Positions 1 to 8,886 of a DNA stretch of 61,909 nucleotides are shown in pieces. The position numbers and the translations under genes were made by a program. This DNA is from a virus (taxonomy: Duplodnaviria; Caudoviricetes). Numbering within the stretch: the first letter of the stretch is position 1; each line of letters begins with the position of its first letter. The DNA is taken from the IMG/VR virus record IMGVR_UViG_3300007754_000342, positions 1-61,909 of that record; one strand, given 5' to 3'. The notes beneath the pieces were generated by a model, which was not told the origin of the DNA, did no database searches, and worked only from the letters and a program-made list of their open reading frames with translations.

Positions 1-303
1 GGTGGAACAAGTGGAAGTAGTGGTTCAAGTGGTTCGAGTGGAAGTTCAGGTTCAAGTGGTTCAAGTGGAAGTAGTGGTTCTTGTGGAACAAGTGGTTCTT
101 CAGGTTCAACTGGTGCCAAAGGAGACCAAGGAGACCAAGGACATCAAGGAGACCAAGGACATCAAGGAGACCAAGGTGACCAAGGAGACCAAGGATACCA
201 AGGTAACCAAGGTAACCAAGGTGATGTTGGTGCTCAAGGAGACCAAGGTAACACAGGTTCAACTGGTGCAGGTGGAACAAGTGGAAGTAGTGGTTCAAGT
301 GGT
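1..303 (+). repeat. Coding G-X-Y 9-nt repeats (ggttcaagt / ggagaccaa types)
   Basis: Direct 9-nt repeats are visible; bases 1-33 recur at 271-303. Confidence 0.9.
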
Positions 304-1071
304 GTAATATCATTAGCTACAGATGCTAATAATAGAGTTATAACTTCGGATGGAGATGGAACTGGTACAGCTGAAGCTACATTTACTTATGACACTTCGG
401 CTGGACTTAGAATTGGTGATTTTGCAAGAAGTGGTAATAGTACATACATTAGTATGTCTGATACAGTTGGTAATATAGAATTATCTACAGTTGGTGTTGG
501 TAGTATCGGTGATGCAAAGGGATTCTCACTTGGTACTTATTTATCTGTTGATGATGTTAACGAGGTCGCAAGATTACAATCTGAGGGAACTATATTCATT
601 GGTGATGACGATTGGGTAGGATATGGTAATGGTACACATATAGAAGTAAATGATACTAATCAACAAATTAGTATGAGTGCTACACTTGGTGTATATGTTA
701 GTACATTATCTACTGGTGCTGCTATTGATGTTGGTGCGGATAAAAATGGTAAATTACAATTACATTCTTCTGATGAAAGACTAAAGAAAGATATTTTCGA
801 AATATCACAATCACTTGATACTATTAAAGGATTACGTGGTGTTACATATAAATGGAAAACACCAGATGAAGGTAATGCAAGAAATAATGCACTTGATACT
901 AAAACATACTATGGATTTATCGCTCAAGAAGTTACTTCTTCAGATGCTCATGGTATAACTTTTACTGATAGAGAAGGTTTCTTAGGTCTTAATTTATCAC
1001 AAGTTATACCGATATTAGTTAACGCTGTTAAAGAATTAGAAGAAAGAGTAACAGAATTAGAAAATAAATAA
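1..1071 (+). CDS. Collagen-like tail fibre (5' truncated by the window) with C-terminal peptidase S74 intramolecular chaperone domain
   Basis: Frame 1 is open from base 1 into the tracked ORF 454..1071. It gives G-X-Y repeats (GSS/GTS/GDQ/GHQ/GNQ), then SSDERLKKDI...LRGVTYKWK...YGFIAQEV...LVNAVKEL, typical of S74. Confidence 0.85.
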   Translation, partial: GGTSGSSGSSGSSGSSGSSGSSGSSGSCGTSGSSGSTGAKGDQGDQGHQGDQGHQGDQGDQGDQGYQGNQGNQGDVGAQGDQGNTGSTGAGGTSGSSGSSGVISLATDANNRVITSDGDGTGTAEATFTYDTSAGLRIGDFARSGNSTYISMSDTVGNIELSTVGVGSIGDAKGFSLGTYLSVDDVNEVARLQSEGTIFIGDDDWVGYGNGTHIEVNDTNQQISMSATLGVYVSTLSTGAAIDVGADKNGKLQLHSSDERLKKDIFEISQSLDTIKGLRGVTYKWKTPDEGNARNNALDTKTYYGFIAQEVTSSDAHGITFTDREGFLGLNLSQVIPILVNAVKELEERVTELENK

Positions 1072-1073
1072 CT

Positions 1074-1100
1074 CGTTTAGGAGTTATATAAGATATTTAT
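1074..1100 (+). promoter_or_regulatory. Putative phage promoter, class B (CGTTT-N14-ATATTTAT)
   Basis: Same bipartite motif and spacing at 1446, 15949, 24744, 25913 and 36900, each upstream of a gene or RNA. Confidence 0.55.
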
Positions 1101-1134
1101 ATTTAGTTATCTAAATGTTATAAGGAGAATATAA

Positions 1135-1437
1135 ATGGCAGACACGATACAATTTTCTGCAGAGGAAATGAAACAATTACAAGAGTTACAACAAGCATAT
1201 CAAAATAAGACTATTGAGTTTGGACAATTAAAAGTTCAAAAGATTCTATTAGAACAACAATTGAAAACTTTAGATGATAGACAAACTCAAATGGAAGTTG
1301 ATTATGTTAATATTCAAGCAACTGAAAAAAATCTTGTTGACCAACTTAATAAAAAGTATGGGCCTGGTTCATTAGACCCAACTACTGGTAAATTTACACC
1401 CGTAGAACAAGATAAACCAACCGAACCAATTAAGTAA
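1135..1437 (+). CDS. Hypothetical coiled-coil phage protein
   Basis: 100-aa ORF with AAGGAG RBS; Q/E/L-rich helix. Confidence 0.8.
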   Translation: MADTIQFSAEEMKQLQELQQAYQNKTIEFGQLKVQKILLEQQLKTLDDRQTQMEVDYVNIQATEKNLVDQLNKKYGPGSLDPTTGKFTPVEQDKPTEPIK

Positions 1438-1445
1438 CTAACAAT

Positions 1446-1472
1446 CGTTTCAGATTTAAGCAGACTATTTAT
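1446..1472 (+). promoter_or_regulatory. Putative phage promoter, class B (CGTTT-N14-CTATTTAT) upstream of tail sheath
   Basis: Motif recurrence with fixed spacing. Confidence 0.55.
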
Positions 1473-1533
1473 ATAGGAATATGTTATATATTCGCATGCG
1501 TAAAATTAAAACTAATTAATTAGGAGAAATATA

Positions 1534-3915
1534 ATGGCAGAGAGAATCGTCAGTCCTGGTGTATTTACTCGTGAAAAAGACCTTTCATTTCTTCCACAAG
1601 CTATTGGTGAAATAGGAGCGGCAATTATTGGGCCAACCGTTAAGGGGCCTGCTTTTGTTCCGACTATTGTTCGAAATTTCAATGAGTTTGTGGATATTTT
1701 TGGTGATGTCACGAAAGATTTTTATACACCTTATACCGTAGAACAATATCTACGGAGTGCTGGTACGGTTACTATCGTTAGAGTTCTCGGAGAAGACGGA
1801 TATTCAAATGATGTAATACATTTATATGCCGTATCTGGTGCTGACGCCGCTACTGGTGTCTCACATTCACTTGCTTATCTCGCACCATCCGCTGGTGGTG
1901 TTAGTGGTACAGGTGATTTATCAGGTACAACAATAACTGGTGGAGATATAAATACAACTGATTCAGCACTATCAATTTCTGGTAGTGATGTTTCTGCGTA
2001 TTCTGTAAATGTATCGTTTAATACAAGTAGTGCTAATTACATAGAGAATTTATTTAGCTATGATGCACAAACTTCTACGGGTGCTGGTGGTACTTCCGTT
2101 CCAGTTTACTTATATAAAAACTTTAAAAATGCACAATCAACTGTTGCATGGGCAGGTACAGAACACATTTCTGCGTCTGTAGCTACTTTAGATTTTTCAA
2201 GTACAAACTATAGTAATGCTTCGACACCTACTGTTCAATCACAGATGATTAATAGTGCTAGATTTAATCTATTTAAAGTTAATACTCGTTCACATGGTTC
2301 TAATGTAAATGATGACAATTATGTTGTTATTTCTAATGTGAAAGCGGCTGGTAGTATTGCTGGTTCAGATTATGGTTCATTTTCACTTGCAGTACATAAA
2401 GTAGATGATGGTTCATTACTTGAATCATGGCATAACTTGAATTTTGATAAGTCAAGTACTAACTACCTACCAAGAGTAATTGGTGATAGATATGTAACAA
2501 TAGACACAAATGGTAAACTTACCTACAATGGTGATTGGCCAAATATGTCTAACCATATCTACATTAGTGATTATTCAGACCTTGAGTTTGCACCTAAGAC
2601 TGTTGTTCCAATGGGCCACTCAGCGTTATCAAATACAGTACCTGGTACTACTATTGTTGACGCGGCTAAATTGGTAACATCACAAACAAGTGAAACTGAA
2701 GAATTTGATACAACTATTCCTTATGGATTTGACTTTAACTATTATTACACATATAACAATAATGTTAAAGCTCACGATAACGTTTCTTACTTAGCACCAG
2801 TACCAACAGGTGCTGGAACTGGTAATAACGCTACGATGTCCTTGGAGAATATGAGTGGTCATAATTCTGCTTCACTTGCTAATGGATATGCTACTGGTTC
2901 TGCTAAAATTACATTGACTGGTTCACATATTAGTCAACGTAAATTTGCACTACCTTTTCAAGGCGGATTTGATGGAATGAATCCAGCTACATTGAAAAAG
3001 ACTGGAGCTAATATTACTTCAGCTAATGTTATGGGATTCGATTGTTCTTCAGCTACATCAATGGGAACTACAGTTTACAAGAAAGCTGTTAATGCTGTAA
3101 GTAACCCAGATGAGTTCGATATTAACTTACTTGTAACACCAGGTCTTGTACATGGTCTACATAGTAAAGTTACTTCAAGAGCTATGAATATGTGTGAAGA
3201 ACGTGGTGATGCTTTTTATGTAATGGATGCTTCCATACATGGTGAGAGTATCTCTACTATAACAAATCGTATATCTGCATTAGATACTAACTATGCAGCT
3301 GTATATTATCCTTGGGTTAAGATTGTAGATTCTGGTACTTCGTTACCAGTATGGGTTCCGCCTTCGGTTGTTCTACCTGGTGTTATTGCATATACCGACC
3401 AAGTAGCTCACGAATGGTTCGCACCTGCTGGTTTGAATAGAGGTGGATTAACTTCCGTTCTCGAAGCTGAAACCAGACTAACTCATGCAGAACGTGACGA
3501 CCTTTATGAAGATAGGGTTAATCCTATTGCTTCATTCCCAGGTCAAGGTGTTTGTGTATGGGGTCAGAAAACACTACAAGCTAAACCATCCGCATTGGAT
3601 AGAGTCAATGTACGTAGATTGTTAATTAGATTGAAGAAATTTATTGCTTCATCTTCAAGATACCTATTGTTCGAACAGAATACTGCTGGAACAAGGAATC
3701 GTTTCTTGAATATTGTCAATCCGTTCTTAGATTCAGTACAAGCTAATAGTGGTTTGAGTGCATTTAGAGTTGTCATGGACGAAACTAACAACACATCAGA
3801 TGTCGTTGATAGAAATCGTCTTGTTGGACAAATCTATATTCAACCTACGAGGACTGCAGAATTTATTGTTCTGGATTTCGTTGTACTCCCAACAGGAGCT
3901 ACATTTCCAGAGTAA
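1534..3915 (+). CDS. Contractile tail sheath protein (T4 gp18-like)
   Basis: SPGVFTREKD N-terminus; YYPWV, WFAPAG.NRG, WGQKTL, DRVNVRRLL, IQPTRTAEFI.LDF. Confidence 0.95.
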   Translation: MAERIVSPGVFTREKDLSFLPQAIGEIGAAIIGPTVKGPAFVPTIVRNFNEFVDIFGDVTKDFYTPYTVEQYLRSAGTVTIVRVLGEDGYSNDVIHLYAVSGADAATGVSHSLAYLAPSAGGVSGTGDLSGTTITGGDINTTDSALSISGSDVSAYSVNVSFNTSSANYIENLFSYDAQTSTGAGGTSVPVYLYKNFKNAQSTVAWAGTEHISASVATLDFSSTNYSNASTPTVQSQMINSARFNLFKVNTRSHGSNVNDDNYVVISNVKAAGSIAGSDYGSFSLAVHKVDDGSLLESWHNLNFDKSSTNYLPRVIGDRYVTIDTNGKLTYNGDWPNMSNHIYISDYSDLEFAPKTVVPMGHSALSNTVPGTTIVDAAKLVTSQTSETEEFDTTIPYGFDFNYYYTYNNNVKAHDNVSYLAPVPTGAGTGNNATMSLENMSGHNSASLANGYATGSAKITLTGSHISQRKFALPFQGGFDGMNPATLKKTGANITSANVMGFDCSSATSMGTTVYKKAVNAVSNPDEFDINLLVTPGLVHGLHSKVTSRAMNMCEERGDAFYVMDASIHGESISTITNRISALDTNYAAVYYPWVKIVDSGTSLPVWVPPSVVLPGVIAYTDQVAHEWFAPAGLNRGGLTSVLEAETRLTHAERDDLYEDRVNPIASFPGQGVCVWGQKTLQAKPSALDRVNVRRLLIRLKKFIASSSRYLLFEQNTAGTRNRFLNIVNPFLDSVQANSGLSAFRVVMDETNNTSDVVDRNRLVGQIYIQPTRTAEFIVLDFVVLPTGATFPE

Positions 3916-3937
3916 TTAAACGTGTCAGTTTAAACTT

Positions 3938-3965
3938 AAAACCCACCTATCGGTGGGTTTTTTGT
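3938..3965 (+). terminator. Rho-independent terminator
   Basis: AAAACCCACC-TATC-GGTGGGTTTT followed by a T run. Confidence 0.85.
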
Positions 3966-4074
3966 TTGTGTGATATTTATTATTGATATTATAGAGATAT
4001 AGGTTAATCACTTTTATGAATTAGTGATATTTATATATAAGTAAAAAATTAATTAATAATTTGGAGATAAGAAA

Positions 4075-4563
4075 ATGGCTGAATTACTCGACCCTTCAGA
4101 AATAATGTTCACTCCGTTTGAACCGAAAACGAAGAACCGTTATATATTATATGTTGAAGGTATACCATCTTATTTGATTAAAACTGCAAACAGACCAAGT
4201 ATAACGTTTGAAGAAGTTGAACTTAATCATATAAATGTAAAAAGATATGTTAAAGGTAAAGGTTCGTGGGAGCCAATTGAAATTACCTTATATGACCCTG
4301 TAGTACCAAGTGGTGCTCAAGCTGTAATGGAATGGGTAAGACTACACAAAGAGTCTGTAACTGGACGTGATGGATATTCTGATTTCTATAAAAAGGATAT
4401 CACAATCAATATGTTAGGGCCAGTTGGTGATAAAATAGAAGAATGGACTCTTAAAGGTGCATTCATTGTTTCAGCGGCTTTCAATGATTTGGATTGGTCT
4501 GCGAGTGACCCAGCCGAAATTACATTGAGTCTACGTTACGATTACGCTATACTACAATTCTAA
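4075..4563 (+). CDS. Tail tube protein (T4 gp19-like)
   Basis: Follows sheath; EPK.KNRY, W.PI.ITLYDP, W.L.GAF, LRYDYA motifs. Confidence 0.9.
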   Translation: MAELLDPSEIMFTPFEPKTKNRYILYVEGIPSYLIKTANRPSITFEEVELNHINVKRYVKGKGSWEPIEITLYDPVVPSGAQAVMEWVRLHKESVTGRDGYSDFYKKDITINMLGPVGDKIEEWTLKGAFIVSAAFNDLDWSASDPAEITLSLRYDYAILQF

Positions 4564-4581
4564 AATAGTTTATTGGTGGAT

Positions 4582-4614
4582 AGGGGGAAGTTTGTGGTGG
4601 ACTTCCCCTTTTTA
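4582..4614 (+). terminator. Rho-independent terminator
   Basis: GGGGAAGT...ACTTCCCC stem followed by TTTTT. Confidence 0.8.
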
Positions 4615-4709
4615 TTTATTGATGGTTTTTACTTGTAAGTAGATACTTATTAAAAAGAAGTTTTATAATAGTTTTATATGAATCAAAATATATAGATTAA
4701 GGAGAAATT

Positions 4710-5480
4710 ATGGCAAAGAAAGAAAAGCCTAAATTTCCAAGTGAAATTGTACCTTTGCCTTCAAAAGGACATTTTTATCCAGAAGGACATCCCTTGACAA
4801 AAGGTGAAGTTGAAGTTAAGTATATGACAGCAAGAGAAGAAGACATCTTAACTTCACAGAATCTTATTAAACAAGGTAAAGTTATTGATGTTTTATTAGA
4901 ATCATTAGTAGTTGGTGACTTTGATATGGATGATATGTTCATTGGAGATAAAAATGCAGTTATGATAGCCGCTCGTATTCTTGGATATGGTAAAGAGTAT
5001 CAATTTGAATTGGATGACCCTGCTACTGGTGAAAAAGAAAAACACATACTTGATTTGACTACACTTGAACATAAAGAAATTGATTTATCAGAAATAGAGA
5101 AAGGTACTAATGAATTTGATTATGAATTACCATTCTCTAAAAAGAAACTCACTTTCAAAATGTTGACACAAGGTGATGAAAAACAAATCGCCGAGGAATT
5201 AAAAGCCTTGAGAAAGGTAACTAAAAAAAGTGGTATCGAATCAGAAGTTACTACACGATTAAAAAAAGTAATTACATCAATAGATGGAGATAGTACTGTC
5301 GGAACTATCAACAACTTTGTTAACAATGAATTTTTATCAAGAGACTCACGAGCATTTCGTGAACATCTCATGTCTGTAACACCTGATGTAGACTTGGATA
5401 TCATTGTTGATTTCACTTCAGGTGAGGAGGTCGAAATCACCGTTCCGATGACGGTGGAGTTTTTTTGGCCTAAGTCCTGA
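4710..5480 (+). CDS. Baseplate hub / tail assembly chaperone (T4 gp26-like)
   Basis: LPSKG.FYP, MTA.EEDIL, GDKNA.M.AARILGYG, ends FFWP; lies between tube and tape measure. Confidence 0.75.
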   Translation: MAKKEKPKFPSEIVPLPSKGHFYPEGHPLTKGEVEVKYMTAREEDILTSQNLIKQGKVIDVLLESLVVGDFDMDDMFIGDKNAVMIAARILGYGKEYQFELDDPATGEKEKHILDLTTLEHKEIDLSEIEKGTNEFDYELPFSKKKLTFKMLTQGDEKQIAEELKALRKVTKKSGIESEVTTRLKKVITSIDGDSTVGTINNFVNNEFLSRDSRAFREHLMSVTPDVDLDIIVDFTSGEEVEITVPMTVEFFWPKS

Positions 5481-5685
5481 ACATAAACCCCAGATACACG
5501 AACAAATATTCCAAATAGTATTTCATGGGAAAGGTGGCTTCACTCACGATTCCGTCTATTCCATGCCCACCTATCTTCGTAAATTTTATTTCTTAAAAAT
5601 GCAAGATTTTTATAAGAAAGAAAAAGAACAATACGATAAAGCCAATAAGAAGAGTACAGCTCGACCACCATCATATAAAAAATAA
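5461..5685 (+). CDS. gp51-like assembly chaperone segment in the +1 frame, probably reached by frameshift (not in ORF track)
   Basis: Reads FFGLSPEHKPQIHEQIFQIVFHGKGGFTHDSVYSMPTYLRKFYF...KK*. The frame opens after TGA 5449 and has no ATG before 5563; a U7 run lies at 5460-5466. Confidence 0.65.
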   Translation, partial: FFGLSPEHKPQIHEQIFQIVFHGKGGFTHDSVYSMPTYLRKFYFLKMQDFYKKEKEQYDKANKKSTARPPSYKK

Positions 5686-5749
5686 GTTTTCTGATATTTA
5701 TTATAGATAATTCCCACTAAACTGTAATGTTATACATAAGGAGTAAAAC

Positions 5750-6238
5750 ATGGAAAAGCTGAATGATATTAAGAAGATAGCTAGAAAATTTATTAACAAT
5801 GCAAAAGTCTATCAGCTCAAAAAGAAGATTCAAATAGTTGCAACAAGTGGTGCATTTATGGAACTATACCACGAAGATTCTGGTAAAAATTATGAAATAT
5901 TTGACCCTAATGATAACCTTGTTGCTGGTGGTGATTATGATTCTGTATTAGAACCTTTTGCAGAATTTAAAGATATGTTACGTTCTCTTAAATTAGAAAA
6001 TATTAAACAATTAAAACCAAGTAGAGTATCAGAACAAAGAGTATTCTATGAAGGTATTATTGATACATTATTTCAAAGAGTTATAGCTGGTGCCAAACCA
6101 AAACAAGTAGTTAAACAAGCTGTTAAAAATCATCCAGAGTTAAGTAAAATGGAAAAAGAAATTGAAAAAGATTTAGAACGATTGAGAAAAGACAGAGATG
6201 ATTTTAGAAAAAAACTTAAAAAAACAGCAATGTGGTAA
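5750..6238 (+). CDS. Hypothetical protein
   Basis: 162-aa ORF with AAGGAG RBS. Confidence 0.75.
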   Translation: MEKLNDIKKIARKFINNAKVYQLKKKIQIVATSGAFMELYHEDSGKNYEIFDPNDNLVAGGDYDSVLEPFAEFKDMLRSLKLENIKQLKPSRVSEQRVFYEGIIDTLFQRVIAGAKPKQVVKQAVKNHPELSKMEKEIEKDLERLRKDRDDFRKKLKKTAMW

Positions 6239-6263
6239 ACCACAAAATTATAAGGACTAAATA

Positions 6264-8885
6264 GTGGCCAGACCAAAATCAGCAACAGCGGAATTAAAAG
6301 GACTTCAACAAAAGAAGAAATTGTTAGCGGATATTAATAAATCTGAAAAGCTGACTACTGCCCAAAAAAGAGAACAAAAAAAATTAACAAAAGAAATAGG
6401 TGATATAGAAAAGAAGTATGGTAAAGAAGTTGTTACGGCATTTGAAAGACGCGAAAAGATTGTTAAAAACTTAGTTAAAGATAAAAAAGAATCAGTAAAT
6501 CTTGAAAAACAATTAGTAGAATTTGGTAAAACTGCTGTTATTGGTGCTAAAGATTTAGCCTCAATAAGGGGAGTGATAGCGGATACTGCTAAACAAGAGT
6601 TCGACCAGGTTACAGACATTTCTGGTATAATGTTAGAGAATTTAGATACCGCTCGAGATTTAAATACCGCACAATTAGCCATTGGTACTAATATGTATGA
6701 CCAATTGGATATTGGGAGTCAACTGGGTGCTACCGAGAAAAAAATAGCCGAAGAAAGATTAAAATTGATGTCTGGTCAACATGATTTATCAGAAGACCAA
6801 GTTGATTTGGCTCTTGAAGCACTTGATATAGCCGAACAAGACTTAGAAACTCAGAAAAAAATACATAAATGGCAAACCGCACAAAATGACGCTCAAAAGA
6901 ACCTTGGGAAAGGTATGAACGATATAAAAGACCAAGCTCAAGCGTTTGGTGCTCAAATAATGGCTATAGCGACAAACCCAATGGTTGCTATTGGAGCGGC
7001 CGCTGTAATGGTTGGAAAAGCATTATACGACACATTCCAAGGAGCAATGGCCCTTAAAACCGAGTTAGGTATTAGTGACGAAGCGGCTATGGGTCTTCAA
7101 ATGAATATCGCAGAAACTGCTAGAGCGTTTAAGATGGCTGGAGTCGAGTCTGCGGATGTAAAAGATGCGGCCATGGGATTAATGAATAATTTCGGTGGAA
7201 TTAATGCAGTAACACCAGAATTGTTAGGTGGTATGGCTCAAATGAAAGCGGAATTAGGAGTTAGTGGTACTGCTGCCGCGAACTTAATGGTAGCGATGAA
7301 AGCAACAGGGGCCGCGTCACAAGAAGCCGCATTTGAAATGGCTAAGAGTGTCGGTCACTTAGCTCAAGCGGAAGGTGTTGCACCAGGTCAAGTAATGCAA
7401 GATTTAGCTAACAATACTGAAGCTTTCGCTTCATTCGCTAAAGATGGTGGTATGAATGTTGCTAAAGCGGCTATTCAAGCAAAGAAACTTGGTATTAATT
7501 TTGATACATCGGTTAAGATAGCAGATAATCTATTAAATTTCGAATCAAGTATACAACAACAAATGGAAGCAGAGATTCTACTTGGTAAACAATTGAATCT
7601 CGATAAAGCTCGTCAATTAGCTCTTGCTGGTGATATAGAAGGTTTACAAAAAGAAGTATTAAAAAATGTAGGTTCTGAAGCAGAGTTTAATAATATGAAC
7701 GTTCTTCAAAGAAGGGCGTTAGCTCAATCTATTGGGGTTAGTGTTACTGAATTATCTAAGATGGTTGCTAATCAAGCTAATATTAATTCACAGACAAAGA
7801 CACAAGAGAAGTTTACTAATCTTATGGCTGCCGCAATGAAAGAAATAAGAAATCTCGGTGAAGATTTGTTAAAGATATGGCAATTAATAAAACCAATTAT
7901 TATGGTTGCATTAATACCAATTGGTGCGGCTGTTTGGGCGGTAATTAAACTTGTTGCTTTATTAGCCGAAGGTCTTAGTATACTCAATGAATGGACAGAT
8001 GGTGGAGTTACAGCGTTTTTAGGTGGTTTAGGTGCTATATTTCTGTTGACTAAGTTGATTGGTAAGACGAGTATTAAGAATGCTATAACGGAACGAATTG
8101 AGAAAATGAAAACTTGGGCCATGGAGAAGAAAAATTTAATATTTAAACAAGCTATGGACAAGGGTGGTTCTTCACCAACCACCGATACAGGTACAAAAGG
8201 TGACCCACTCGGATTTGTAAAGAAAATTAAACCAAAGAAGATATTAGCGGGGGCGGCCGCGATGTTGATTGTATCCGCCGCACTATTTGTTACAGCTAAA
8301 GCTCTACAAGAGTTTGGAAGTGTAGAGTGGAGTTCATTAGCTAAGGCTGGTGTTGCTTTACTCGGATTAGTAATAGTATTAGCCGCGATTGGAGCTATAA
8401 TGATGAGTGGTGTTGGTGCTGTCGCTATTCTTGCAGGAGCCGCGGCCATGTTGGTTATTGCGGCATCATTACTTGTATTAGGACATGCTATACAAGCCAT
8501 AGGAACTGGTTTCGGAATCTTAGCAGAAGGTATAAGTTCATTTACACCATTACTAACTACATTAGTTCCGTTAGCAGGTGGTATATTTATTTTAGCTGGA
8601 GCGTTTGGAGCGTTAGGAATTGGAATGGGTGCGTTAGCCATTGGAGCTCTTGCATTACTACCAGCTTTACCTGTATTGATGGCATTATCGGGAATTGGAA
8701 TGTTAGGTATGGCGTTAGCAGGTGGGGGAGAAGAAACAGGTCCAGAACCACCACCAATTACTGATATGGGAGTTACAAATGATAAGTTGGATGGTGTTAT
8801 ATCCGCTATAGGACAATTACAAGCAGATAATAGAGTATTAATGGAACAATTAAATAATAAAGTTAAGAATTTAGGTACTGAATAA
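6264..8885 (+). CDS. Tape measure protein
   Basis: Long Ala/Gly-rich helical protein; LLNFESSI..QMEAE.LLG..LNL.KAR motif; hydrophobic C-terminal segments; position after chaperones. Confidence 0.85.
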   Translation: MARPKSATAELKGLQQKKKLLADINKSEKLTTAQKREQKKLTKEIGDIEKKYGKEVVTAFERREKIVKNLVKDKKESVNLEKQLVEFGKTAVIGAKDLASIRGVIADTAKQEFDQVTDISGIMLENLDTARDLNTAQLAIGTNMYDQLDIGSQLGATEKKIAEERLKLMSGQHDLSEDQVDLALEALDIAEQDLETQKKIHKWQTAQNDAQKNLGKGMNDIKDQAQAFGAQIMAIATNPMVAIGAAAVMVGKALYDTFQGAMALKTELGISDEAAMGLQMNIAETARAFKMAGVESADVKDAAMGLMNNFGGINAVTPELLGGMAQMKAELGVSGTAAANLMVAMKATGAASQEAAFEMAKSVGHLAQAEGVAPGQVMQDLANNTEAFASFAKDGGMNVAKAAIQAKKLGINFDTSVKIADNLLNFESSIQQQMEAEILLGKQLNLDKARQLALAGDIEGLQKEVLKNVGSEAEFNNMNVLQRRALAQSIGVSVTELSKMVANQANINSQTKTQEKFTNLMAAAMKEIRNLGEDLLKIWQLIKPIIMVALIPIGAAVWAVIKLVALLAEGLSILNEWTDGGVTAFLGGLGAIFLLTKLIGKTSIKNAITERIEKMKTWAMEKKNLIFKQAMDKGGSSPTTDTGTKGDPLGFVKKIKPKKILAGAAAMLIVSAALFVTAKALQEFGSVEWSSLAKAGVALLGLVIVLAAIGAIMMSGVGAVAILAGAAAMLVIAASLLVLGHAIQAIGTGFGILAEGISSFTPLLTTLVPLAGGIFILAGAFGALGIGMGALAIGALALLPALPVLMALSGIGMLGMALAGGGEETGPEPPPITDMGVTNDKLDGVISAIGQLQADNRVLMEQLNNKVKNLGTE

Positions 8886-8886
8886 T

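Noticed and set aside
121-250. Short tandem repeats as a possible CRISPR array
   Set aside because: 9-nt coding repeats without spacers; no CRISPR array was seen anywhere in the window.
2-307. Tracked 101-aa Val/Gln/Lys ORF
   Set aside because: Shadow frame of the collagen G-X-Y repeat; frame 1 is continuous with the S74 domain.
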